Assembly (NCBI GenBank): GCA_046497275.1
Contig: JAWOFX010000130.1
Span: 18,281 to 50,280, forward strand
Reading direction: 5' to 3'
Length of the DNA stretch: 32,000 nt
Source of the DNA: Promethearchaeia archaeon
GTDB taxonomy: Archaea; Asgardarchaeota; Lokiarchaeia; Sigyniarchaeales; SOKP01
Shown here: piece after piece, positions 8,574-17,035 of the stretch
Numbering within the stretch: the stretch's first letter is position 1
Layout: each line of letters opens with the position of its first letter
Notes under the pieces: model-generated
The model's input: only the letters and a program-made list of their open reading frames with translations
Database searches by the model: none
Told to the model about the DNA's origin: nothing
Program-made: the position numbers and the translations under genes

Positions 8574-9317
8574 ATGAACCCTTATAAAATTTGTATTGCT
8601 ATCCCGATTAGATCAAGCAGCGTTGAGGAAAATAGAAAGGTTCTATTCAAGGTTGAGAATCATTCTCCAGATTTTATTGAACTCCGTTTCGACTATATTC
8701 AAGACCCGAACAACTTAACATTTGAGTTTATTCGATCTCTATTAGATTATTCCGATATTCCAATGATTTGTACCTTTAGAAAGTATTCTGAAGGAGGTCA
8801 TTGTAAAATTACAGACTCAGAGCGTATTTCCATAATAAAAACTATTATTAAGGCTACACCTGAATTCCTAGACATAGAAATGGATAATTCTATTGATTTT
8901 ATTGAGGAAGTTGTCTCATTAGCTGCTGAGAAAAATATAAGATTAATATTTTCTCATCATAATTTCACAGACACTCCTAAATTTAAAGATATGCAAAAAA
9001 TCATTTCTTCCTTTAAATTAAAATTACATGGTATTCAGAAGATTTATAAGAATTTTTTAAATAATTTTGTCTGGAAATTAATATTTACAGCAAATAAATT
9101 TGAAGATAATTTAGAAGTGTTGAAACTCTGTAATACTATGGCTCATGAGAATGAAAATATCATCTCTTTTTGTATGGGAGAGATAGGAATCTTTTCTCGA
9201 TTGCTTTCAGTCAAAATGGGGGGGTTTTTAACCTATGCCTCCTTAGATGATAAAACTGCTCCTGGTCAGATTAATATCGATTACATGAGAAAATTTTATA
9301 AGATTTTCCAGAATTAG
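8574..9317 (+). CDS. aroD: Type I 3-dehydroquinate dehydratase
   Basis: 'DFIELRFD', 'ICTFRKYSEGG', 'LDIE', 'SHHNF', Schiff-base Lys in 'VWKLI', 'FCMGEIGIFSRL', 'TAPGQI'. ATG at 8574 preferred over the TTG at 8538 given in the ORF track. Confidence 0.9.
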   Translation: MNPYKICIAIPIRSSSVEENRKVLFKVENHSPDFIELRFDYIQDPNNLTFEFIRSLLDYSDIPMICTFRKYSEGGHCKITDSERISIIKTIIKATPEFLDIEMDNSIDFIEEVVSLAAEKNIRLIFSHHNFTDTPKFKDMQKIISSFKLKLHGIQKIYKNFLNNFVWKLIFTANKFEDNLEVLKLCNTMAHENENIISFCMGEIGIFSRLLSVKMGGFLTYASLDDKTAPGQINIDYMRKFYKIFQN

Positions 9318-9358
9318 GATATACCAAAGAATTAATTATTATTACATTTCAAATATTT

Positions 9359-10861
9359 TTATTCCTTCAAATTGATGATATTTTTTCCGATTTCTTGATC
9401 ATAATTTATGGGATATTGTTCTCCTACAAATTCAATTCTTTCCAATTCCGATAATTCCTCATCCGTTCCTTTAATTATTCCAATCGTGTGTTTATTTTTA
9501 TTTACTCTTCCAATTACGATGCCATATTTCCTAGTTCCATCTCTTTCGTAAATTAATGTATAAGCTAATATTTTAATTATTCCATTTGCCTTTTTTATTG
9601 GTTCAGCTAATTCTTCATTAAGTATTTTTTCCTGAACCTCTTTTGTATTTAACTCATCGAAACCTAATTTTGGGGGTTTTTTGCTATATATGCCAAAAGA
9701 TTGTTTTGTATTATACCCACCGTTCGCAATCACCATAATCGTTAAATTTGGATTTTGTTGTATTTTTTCTATTGCTGTTGCGATTGCGTGTAATGAGTAA
9801 TTACTCCAAGGGCCACCAAAAAACGGTAATCCCCCCGTGAGAGTTAAAGGTCGATTTTCATTCTCTTTCAAACCTATTTCTTTGGAAATAATTTCCACAA
9901 TTGATGGAAAGCAGCTATAAATATCAAAAATATCAATATTATCTAAACTGAGTCCCGCTTGTTTTAATGCTATTTTTGAACCAATGTTCGCTGCAGGTGA
10001 GACAAATAATTTAGCCCTTCTTGTGATATCAAAAATGTTTTGAAAATCTGATGTTCCCATGAGATACACCCATTTTTGTTTAGGTATTTCCAGTTCTTTA
10101 GCAATCTCTTCGCTTATCATTAGAACTGCCGCACTTTGATCTACAAACATATTCGAACACATTCTTTTTGTATATGGATAGCAGATCATACGATTATTAT
10201 GAGAAGGGGTTATAATCTCTCCTTTGGTATAAGACTTTTGTGTCCATGCATAAGGATTTTGAGCAGCAACGTTAGAAAAGTTTTCAAATAAGATGCCCAT
10301 CTGATTCCGATGCTGCTTAATATTAAGTTCCATTGCTGCTCGATATGCAGTTTCAAATAATGCATATGAGTAAGGGGGGATAATCAAATTATACTTATTT
10401 TCAAATTTATTTGTTCCGTGCCAAATTTGGCCTTCCATATAATCTGGGTCGGCTTTTTTCGGCCATGATAACTTTATTCTCCCTTTTTTGGCTTGATATA
10501 CGGAATATGATGCTTCTCCCCCTATAATTAAAATGCATTTTTTCTTTCCATCATAGATTCTTCTAGCAGCTCGATTGACAAGCATTTGCGGAGTATTTCC
10601 TCCGTCTGAAAGGTAAGTCTTTTCATTTGGATTTAAATGTAAAATCTCACTTAATTCACCTGGAGCATCTTGATATGACCACGAATTAATATTAACCATA
10701 TAAAGTGCATCAATAAATTCTTTTAAATTTTCTGAATTATTTATGTTAAATGCTTTTTCTGCCGACTTAACCATTAAAGTAAGCGGATCTAACCTTTCTT
10801 TTATTGATTTTCGATGCGTATATTGTGCTCCACTGATTAATATTGGCCACGTTTTAGTCAT
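9359..10861 (-). CDS. Thiolase-like protein (acetyl-CoA acetyltransferase superfamily, TLP1 type with extra C-terminal domain)
   Basis: 'GGNTPQ', 'YPYTKRMCSNMFVDQSAA', 'DIYSCFPS', 'LTLTGGLPFFGGPWSNYS', 'ANGG'; ~100-aa C-terminal extension. Confidence 0.85.
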   Translation of the reverse strand: MTKTWPILISGAQYTHRKSIKERLDPLTLMVKSAEKAFNINNSENLKEFIDALYMVNINSWSYQDAPGELSEILHLNPNEKTYLSDGGNTPQMLVNRAARRIYDGKKKCILIIGGEASYSVYQAKKGRIKLSWPKKADPDYMEGQIWHGTNKFENKYNLIIPPYSYALFETAYRAAMELNIKQHRNQMGILFENFSNVAAQNPYAWTQKSYTKGEIITPSHNNRMICYPYTKRMCSNMFVDQSAAVLMISEEIAKELEIPKQKWVYLMGTSDFQNIFDITRRAKLFVSPAANIGSKIALKQAGLSLDNIDIFDIYSCFPSIVEIISKEIGLKENENRPLTLTGGLPFFGGPWSNYSLHAIATAIEKIQQNPNLTIMVIANGGYNTKQSFGIYSKKPPKLGFDELNTKEVQEKILNEELAEPIKKANGIIKILAYTLIYERDGTRKYGIVIGRVNKNKHTIGIIKGTDEELSELERIEFVGEQYPINYDQEIGKNIINLKE

Positions 10862-11036
10862 AGTTATTTTAGATCTGTTTTCAAAGGGGTTTGATATTAA
10901 TTGAAATATTGTGCGATTTAATAGATTGACTTATGAAAGCCTAATTTTTAAACTGAATTGCAGAAATCTAAAAGCTAATATGTTCGTATAATTACTATTA
11001 ACTAGAAAAACTATTATAAAGAGGATAGTATTTAAA

Positions 11037-12239
11037 ATGGTCGTGTATTTTTCTTTCTTACTTCATATCTATCAACCTCCCACCCAGATTGCCCCCGTTA
11101 TTAAGCAGATAGCAAAAGAATCATATAAACCAATTTTAGGTGCCGTAAAAACTCATCCTGAGGCAAAGATCACGTTAAACATTAACGGGACTTTAGTAGA
11201 ACAATTATATGACTATGGATTTACGGAGATTATTGAAGGAATTACAACACTCGCTTCCAGAGGACAAATTGAACTTACATCATCTGCGAAATTTCATCCC
11301 CTTCTTCCATTACTTCCTCAACCCGAGATTGAGCGTCAAATCAAATTAAATGATTCCACAAATAGGAACTTTTTTGGGGAGATTTATAGGCCTCGTGGCA
11401 TTTTTCCTCCTGAAATGGCAATTTCAGAGGAGGTTTTACGCACTGTTAGTAATATGGGATTTGAATGGATTATTATGAGTGGAATTGCTAACATTTTGCC
11501 AAAATTTCCTACTACATTTATATCTCAACATCATAATGCTTTAAGATTATTGTTCCGTGATGATTATATTTCTATCGATTGTGCATTTAACAGGATTAAT
11601 AATGTAGAAAATTTTGCTAATAGATTAAAATATCGAAACACTAGTGAAGATTATTATGTGATCTTGGCAATGGATGGCGAAACTTTCGGTCATCATGTAA
11701 AGCATGCTATAGATGATTTTTTAAATCCTTTATTTGATTTTCTTCCTTCGCGAGAGGATATAAAAATATGTACAATATCTGAAATAGTCGATAAGTTTCC
11801 TATAGGTGAGAAACAACAACCAAGAGATTCCAGCTGGTCAACTATGCCTTATGATATTGCAAATAACATACCCTTCCCACTTTGGTTCGATCCACACAAT
11901 AAAATTCATATTGAGCAACACAAATTTTTCATGTATGCTCTTACATTGGTTCATCTTACCAATAAATTTAGAGAAAGCATGAATGATGAGAAGAAGCGAA
12001 TTTTAGACAACGCTCGAAACTTACTTGACAGAGGCGTTCATAGTTGTCAGCAATGGTGGGCCTCAAAACGCCCATGGTATTCCCCTGACATGATTATGAG
12101 GGGATTAAATGAAATATTAATGGCAAGTGTAAATGCTAAAAGAAGTATCCCAGATAACTCCCCAGATATCAAGGAGGCGGCGAAATTAATAATGACTGAT
12201 ATGCTTAAAGCCCATAATAAGATAATATTATCTCTCTAA
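11037..12239 (+). CDS. Glycoside hydrolase family 57 protein
   Basis: 'HIYQP', 'FHPLLPLL', nucleophile motif 'FPPEMA', acid/base motif 'MDGETFGHH', 'SSWS'. Confidence 0.88.
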   Translation: MVVYFSFLLHIYQPPTQIAPVIKQIAKESYKPILGAVKTHPEAKITLNINGTLVEQLYDYGFTEIIEGITTLASRGQIELTSSAKFHPLLPLLPQPEIERQIKLNDSTNRNFFGEIYRPRGIFPPEMAISEEVLRTVSNMGFEWIIMSGIANILPKFPTTFISQHHNALRLLFRDDYISIDCAFNRINNVENFANRLKYRNTSEDYYVILAMDGETFGHHVKHAIDDFLNPLFDFLPSREDIKICTISEIVDKFPIGEKQQPRDSSWSTMPYDIANNIPFPLWFDPHNKIHIEQHKFFMYALTLVHLTNKFRESMNDEKKRILDNARNLLDRGVHSCQQWWASKRPWYSPDMIMRGLNEILMASVNAKRSIPDNSPDIKEAAKLIMTDMLKAHNKIILSL

Positions 12240-12261
12240 TCTGGTTATTTTATTGAAACCA

Positions 12262-12303
12262 TTCTAATTTCATTAGAAAAAAGAAAAAAAGGAAAAAAAT
12301 AAA
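12262..12303 (-). terminator. Probable intrinsic terminator region between convergent genes (T-rich tract plus short hairpin)
   Basis: On the minus strand, long T runs follow the stop at 12304; TTCTAAT-ttc-ATTAGAA inverted repeat at 12262-12278. Confidence 0.4.
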
Positions 12304-12471
12304 TTATTTCTCGAAAGTCGAGCCGCAGTTTCCACATTTGATTATCTTTTTGTATACCGGGGTTCCTTGCATACTGTAATAAAGTACCTTGGATTTATCC
12401 GGTTCCTCGTGTAACATTCTCGGATTTTCATTTCCGCATTTCTCACATTTAACTCGCTTATATTCTGTCAA
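12304..12471 (-). CDS. Small Cys4 zinc-ribbon protein (55 aa, not in ORF track)
   Basis: Manual translation from TTG at 12471: MTEYKRVKCEKCGNENPRMLHEEPDKSKVLYYSMQGTPVYKKIIKCGNCGSTFEK*; two CxxCG knuckles; GC content clearly above the flanking intergenic DNA. Confidence 0.8.
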   Translation of the reverse strand: MTEYKRVKCEKCGNENPRMLHEEPDKSKVLYYSMQGTPVYKKIIKCGNCGSTFEK

Positions 12472-12564
12472 AAATATAACCCTAACCTAATTATTATTAT
12501 ACTATTAAGATAGGGTATTAAAATTTAAATCTAAGTTTTTGAAATATAGTATAAGTTTAAATTC

Positions 12565-13419
12565 TTAAGAATTAATAGTGCTTCTGATTAAATTTTTATA
12601 ACTCTTATAATTCTTGGCGTGAATACAATATTTTCTTGTAGCAGGTCCCCACTTCTTATTTTGTCGAATTAAATGTATGAATAAATCTGAATCTGCAATA
12701 AAAGTACCTCCCAAAACATCAACACCTCTCTGAAATATGGGATCTGGTAAAAAACCACCTGTTGGACCCACCATTGAAATTTTTTCCGCATTCTTGGTAT
12801 ATGAGAGAATTTCATCTAGTGAATCATTTAAAACGGTTGTGCTTGTACATAGAATTTTATTACACGATTTTAATTTTGAAGGATCTAGCGTAATTTCCCA
12901 ATTTTCTTTTGTTTTAATATTGAATTCTTTTTTTTCGATAACAACCAATGGAATATTCATTTTCTCGATTTTTTTAACTAAAGGCGGAAAATATCCCACC
13001 ATTCCAACTTTATCATCATCATTGAGATTAAGTAATCCTAAAGAATCACTTACAAAATCAAATTCATAATTCACTTTCTTAAAAATTGATTGAGAGATTG
13101 CATTTATAGCGCCCAATGCTAAAGTCCTTTCTAATTCCCTTGCTGAATCAAATTTTTTTGCCAAATCTACAGGATTTATTCCTATTAAAGTATTTATATT
13201 AATATTAGAAACTTTTTTCCTGATCTTTTGAGATAAACCAATAAATACGATCCCGATAGATCCATCTTCCAATTTTATAGCGCCAAAATTAGAAAACTTT
13301 CTTCTCATGTCTGTAGGAAGAAATTTAGGGAAAAAAGCATCCGAAATTAAGTCCAAATCAATTTTTTCCTCTATATTCACTACGATTTTAACGAACTCAT
13401 TTTTTATGACCATAATCAT
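12565..13419 (-). CDS. DUF364-like (Rossmann-like) protein
   Basis: 'ALGAINAISQ', 'KVGMVGYFPPLV', 'CTSTTVLNDSLDEIL', 'MVGPTGGFLPDPIFQRGVDVLGG'; 1-nt overlap with the aroK stop. Confidence 0.75.
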   Translation of the reverse strand: MIMVIKNEFVKIVVNIEEKIDLDLISDAFFPKFLPTDMRRKFSNFGAIKLEDGSIGIVFIGLSQKIRKKVSNININTLIGINPVDLAKKFDSARELERTLALGAINAISQSIFKKVNYEFDFVSDSLGLLNLNDDDKVGMVGYFPPLVKKIEKMNIPLVVIEKKEFNIKTKENWEITLDPSKLKSCNKILCTSTTVLNDSLDEILSYTKNAEKISMVGPTGGFLPDPIFQRGVDVLGGTFIADSDLFIHLIRQNKKWGPATRKYCIHAKNYKSYKNLIRSTINS

Positions 13420-13982
13420 TATATCCTAGTTTTTTTTTCTTTTTCTGCCCTCTTCATTTTCACATCAATTTTATGAAGGATTTCCTCTACTATCTCATTT
13501 ATAGTCTTCTCTGATGTATCAATAATGATATCAGCAGCTTCCTCATAAAAAGATTTTCTAAAAGTTAAAACTTTTTCTATCTCTTCTCTAACATTCTTTT
13601 TATCAATTATTGGTCTTTTTTCTTTTCCATTTTTTATTATTCTTTCATAGATAATATCGGGAGAAGCTTCTAATAGAACAATATAGCAGTTACGCTTAAG
13701 ATAATCTATATTAATCTTATTCAATACAACACCTCCTCCACAAGAAATTACCACTTTTTTATACTGAGATACTTGTTTGCAAGCCTCAATTTCATATTCT
13801 CGAAACCTTGATTCTCCATCTTCAGAAAAGATTTTAGGAATTGATTTTTTTGCCATATTTTCAATAATCTCATCAGTTTCAATGAATCTATAATCATCTC
13901 CAAGGCTTTCTGTTAATTTTTCTCCCACAGAACTTTTACCAGTTGCCATAAAACCAATAAGAGCAATAGAATTATGTCTCAT
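13419..13982 (-). CDS. aroK: Shikimate kinase, bacterial AroK type
   Basis: 'IALIGFMATGKSSVG', 'IETDEIIE', 'GESRFREYE', 'VISCGGGVV', 'RPII', 'R..FYEEAAD'. Confidence 0.92.
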   Translation of the reverse strand: MRHNSIALIGFMATGKSSVGEKLTESLGDDYRFIETDEIIENMAKKSIPKIFSEDGESRFREYEIEACKQVSQYKKVVISCGGGVVLNKINIDYLKRNCYIVLLEASPDIIYERIIKNGKEKRPIIDKKNVREEIEKVLTFRKSFYEEAADIIIDTSEKTINEIVEEILHKIDVKMKRAEKEKKTRI

Positions 13983-14052
13983 ATTATTTGAATTGTTTCA
14001 GTACCTAAGAAAGTTAATTTTAATTTTTAATAATTAATAATATAATTTAAAT

Positions 14053-14928
14053 ATGGAAAATTTTAACATAGATTCCCAAACAAACGTGTTAGGTCTTATT
14101 GGTCATCCAGTACAACATAGTATGAGTCCGATAATGCATAATGCAGTAATTCAAAAATTAAACTTAAAATATATTTATTTAGCTTTTGATGTTGACCCAA
14201 AAAATTTGAAAAAGGCGATGTCAGGAATTAGAGCTTTAAATATTAAAGGGATTAATGTTACAATTCCATATAAACAGGAAATTATGAAATTTGTAGATGA
14301 AATAGATCCGTTAGCGAAAAAGATTGGTGCAATAAACACGATTAAAAATGTGGATGGATATTTAATAGCGAGAAATACAGATACTGCTGGAGCTAAGAAA
14401 AGTCTTAAAGATGCGAAGTGCAAATTTCAAGGAAAAAATGTTTTAGTATTAGGCGCTGGTGGTGCATCGAGAGCAATATGTTTTGCATTAGCAGAGGAAG
14501 CTAATAAAATAATTATTTCTAATCGTACAGAAGATAAAGCTATATCTTTGGCTAAAGAAATCAAAAATAAAGTGAATACAGATGCCGAAGGATATTCAAA
14601 CCAAAAAAATATCTTAGAAAAATTTATCGAAAATGTTGATATTTTAATTAACACAACACCTTTGGGAATGTATCCAAAAACAAATCAAATACCCCTCCCA
14701 GAACACCTATTAATAGAAGATCTTTTTGTCTTTGATGTGATCTACAATCCTTTGAAAACAAAATTACTTAAAGTTGCTGAAAAAAAAGGATGTAATATTT
14801 TAGGAGGTTTGGATATGTTAGTAAACCAAGGCGCATTAGCATTCGAATGGTGGACAGGAAAAGAGGCTGATATAAATTTAATGAAAACAAAAATAACTAA
14901 ATATTTGGAGAGTAAAAATGTTAGGTAA
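14053..14928 (+). CDS. aroE: Shikimate dehydrogenase
   Basis: 'GHPVQHSMSP.MHN', 'NVTIPYK', 'GAINTI', 'NTD', 'LGAGGASRA', 'NTTPLGM', 'GLDMLVNQG'. Confidence 0.95.
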   Translation: MENFNIDSQTNVLGLIGHPVQHSMSPIMHNAVIQKLNLKYIYLAFDVDPKNLKKAMSGIRALNIKGINVTIPYKQEIMKFVDEIDPLAKKIGAINTIKNVDGYLIARNTDTAGAKKSLKDAKCKFQGKNVLVLGAGGASRAICFALAEEANKIIISNRTEDKAISLAKEIKNKVNTDAEGYSNQKNILEKFIENVDILINTTPLGMYPKTNQIPLPEHLLIEDLFVFDVIYNPLKTKLLKVAEKKGCNILGGLDMLVNQGALAFEWWTGKEADINLMKTKITKYLESKNVR

Positions 14929-15823
14929 ATCAATAACAATTATAGGTGGATCTGGCGGTATTGGTCAGGTTTTTGCCACTTTTTTCAAAACACACGGTTT
15001 TAACGTAACTATTTTTGCTCGAAATAAAGAAAAACTTGAAGAGGTTGCAAATACTTTAGATGTGAATTTTGATCTAGATTTAGAGCGAAGTATAAAAGGT
15101 GCTGATATCGTTATGGTCTCCATTCCCATCCGTTCTACTCCACAGTTGATTAGGCAAGTTGGCCCTTTATTAAAAAGAGATGCGCTGATTTTTGATGTAA
15201 CTTCTTTAAAAAAGGAGACATATAAAGCTTTAAACGAAACTAGAAAAAACTATGAAGTTAATTCTGTTTCTCTACATCCTATGTTTGGACCAGGTATAAA
15301 AAGTATGGAAAACTATAATATGATCCTTTTAAATGTGGGAGGAACAGACAATTATAACAAGAAAAAAGATGCTTTAAAGAAAATGTTTATTAAGGAAGGT
15401 TTATATTTAACTGAGATTAATGATCCAGAAGAACATGATAAAATGATGGCCATAGTTCTTGGAACACCCCACATGTTTAACATTCTCTTTATGAAATTAT
15501 TAAAAACAATGGATATTCCTCTCTCAAAGCTTATGGACTTCACGGGAACAACCTTTTTGTTACAAAAGGTATTCGCTGAGAGTATAATTCAGAGAGAGGT
15601 AGAAATGTTTGGGGAAATCCAGATGGATAATCCCCAATTCCACACTCTACTTGAAGAATTTAAGAAAGTCCTAAAAGAGTACTCCTCAATCATTGAAAAT
15701 AAAAACCTTAAAAAGTTCAAAAAAATCTTCTCTGATGGAATTGAATATTCAATAAATGATCCCCATTTTGAGCAATCCTATCGCTTCTTTTATGAATTTA
15801 TGAAAATTTTAAAAAAAACCTGA
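14918..15823 (+). CDS. tyrA: Prephenate dehydrogenase (monofunctional TyrA)
   Basis: Rossmann 'IIGGSGGIG', 'VMVSIPI', 'DVTSLK', 'SLHPMFGP', 'EHDKMMA'; overlaps the aroE end by 11 nt. Confidence 0.88.
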   Translation: MLGKSITIIGGSGGIGQVFATFFKTHGFNVTIFARNKEKLEEVANTLDVNFDLDLERSIKGADIVMVSIPIRSTPQLIRQVGPLLKRDALIFDVTSLKKETYKALNETRKNYEVNSVSLHPMFGPGIKSMENYNMILLNVGGTDNYNKKKDALKKMFIKEGLYLTEINDPEEHDKMMAIVLGTPHMFNILFMKLLKTMDIPLSKLMDFTGTTFLLQKVFAESIIQREVEMFGEIQMDNPQFHTLLEEFKKVLKEYSSIIENKNLKKFKKIFSDGIEYSINDPHFEQSYRFFYEFMKILKKT

Positions 15824-15858
15824 TGACTAATTAAAAAGAGAATAAAAAATTAGATAAT

Positions 15859-16236
15859 TTAGGACAAATCAAAACCGCAAAAAGCGCAATAATTAGCTTC
15901 CCCTCTCTCATCCAATTTTGCTCCACAGCTTGGACAGTATTTCCCTATTTGAACAACAACTTCTGAATTATTCTCAAATTCTGTAGATTTATAATAATTA
16001 TTTGGTTTCTCTGGTGAATTATACGCTTCAATTACTGGTTTATAGGGGTTGTATTCTTCAGAGGGTTGGCAAATAGAATTACAGTAAATGCATCGGTTTT
16101 CAGGTTTATTAAAATATATAATTAAATATATGAATACTCCAAATCCGGAAGTGAAAATTGCTAATATGACTAAAAGAAACCAATTGATCTCTTCACGTTT
16201 CGTTGGAACATCCTTACAGCACTTTTTACAATACAT
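15859..16236 (-). CDS. LITAF-like CxxC-hydrophobic-CxxC membrane protein with C-terminal Zn ribbon, paralog 1
   Basis: CKKC-42 aa including 'WFLLVILAIFTSGFGVFIYLIIYF'-CIYC, then 'CPSCG...CAFCG'. ATG at 16236 preferred because the GTG at 16251 lies inside an SD-like AGGTGA. Confidence 0.8.
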   Translation of the reverse strand: MYCKKCCKDVPTKREEINWFLLVILAIFTSGFGVFIYLIIYFNKPENRCIYCNSICQPSEEYNPYKPVIEAYNSPEKPNNYYKSTEFENNSEVVVQIGKYCPSCGAKLDERGEANYCAFCGFDLS

Positions 16237-16304
16237 TTTTATTTTTCTCACCTTATTAAATTATTTTTTTATAATGATATCTAATTTACAATGATGTTTA
16301 GTAT

Positions 16305-16336
16305 TATTAAAAAGATCTTGAGACCAATTCTTAATT
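16305..16336 (-). promoter_or_regulatory. Conserved promoter block (TATA-like plus upstream element) of paralog 1
   Basis: Minus-strand AATTAA-g-AATTGGTCT-N7-TTTTTAATA, repeated with the same spacing at 16865-16896. Confidence 0.6.
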
Positions 16337-16406
16337 TAGAAAATAAATATATATGAAATAATTATTTCTAAGCAAGAATACTAAAATATGAAGGAATAGA
16401 AATATA

Positions 16407-16814
16407 TCATAATTCCATTCCACAATCTGGACAAAAATCTAAGGAATCCTTAATTTCTGAACCACAAAAAGGACAATATATTGCCTTAATGCCTACAATT
16501 TTATCAATATTCTCTTCAAGATTATTATTAGTTATCTTCTCACTTAACCTATAAGGATTTTTTCCTTTTTCTATAGGCTCTTGAAATATGTCTCTATTAT
16601 CATTCCCTGCCTTAGATGATGAGGATTGGAAAGCCTTCACAACTGAACCACAATGTACGCATCGATTCTCTTCTTTAGAATACCAAATAGCCAAATAGAT
16701 AATCAAACCTATACCAGCTGTAAAGATGGTTAAAATAATAGCTAAACAGATATCCAAATCCTCCCGTTTAAGAAGGGTGTTTTGTCCGCATTTTTCACAA
16801 TAACCAATTGTCAT
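16407..16814 (-). CDS. LITAF-like CxxC-hydrophobic-CxxC membrane protein with C-terminal Zn ribbon, paralog 2
   Basis: CEKC-42 aa including 'ICLAIILTIFTAGIGLIIYLAIWY'-CVHC, then 'CPFCG...CPDCG'. Confidence 0.82.
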   Translation of the reverse strand: MTIGYCEKCGQNTLLKREDLDICLAIILTIFTAGIGLIIYLAIWYSKEENRCVHCGSVVKAFQSSSSKAGNDNRDIFQEPIEKGKNPYRLSEKITNNNLEENIDKIVGIKAIYCPFCGSEIKDSLDFCPDCGMEL

Positions 16815-16864
16815 ACTTTTAACCTCATAATATTACTCTCTTATTTAAAAAATTAGAACGATTT

Positions 16865-16896
16865 TATTAAAAATATATTTAGACCAATTTTTAATT
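16865..16896 (-). promoter_or_regulatory. Conserved promoter block (TATA-like plus upstream element) of paralog 2
   Basis: Minus-strand AATTAA-a-AATTGGTCT-N7-TTTTTAATA, 51 nt upstream of the ATG at 16814. Confidence 0.6.
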
Positions 16897-17035
16897 CGAC
16901 TAGATTTTATAAAGAATCTTGAAGATTTCTCATCTATTTAAAGAATTAAATAAATATTGACATAAAATTTAGGTAATATCTTACTTTCTCAGATATGTTA
17001 TAATCTAAATTATTAATTTTTTTCTTTTAACAAAT

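Noticed and set aside
12479-12491. Telomere-like TTAGGTTAGGG on the minus strand
   Set aside because: Only about two units; better explained as the SD/spacer region of the small Zn-ribbon gene or by chance.
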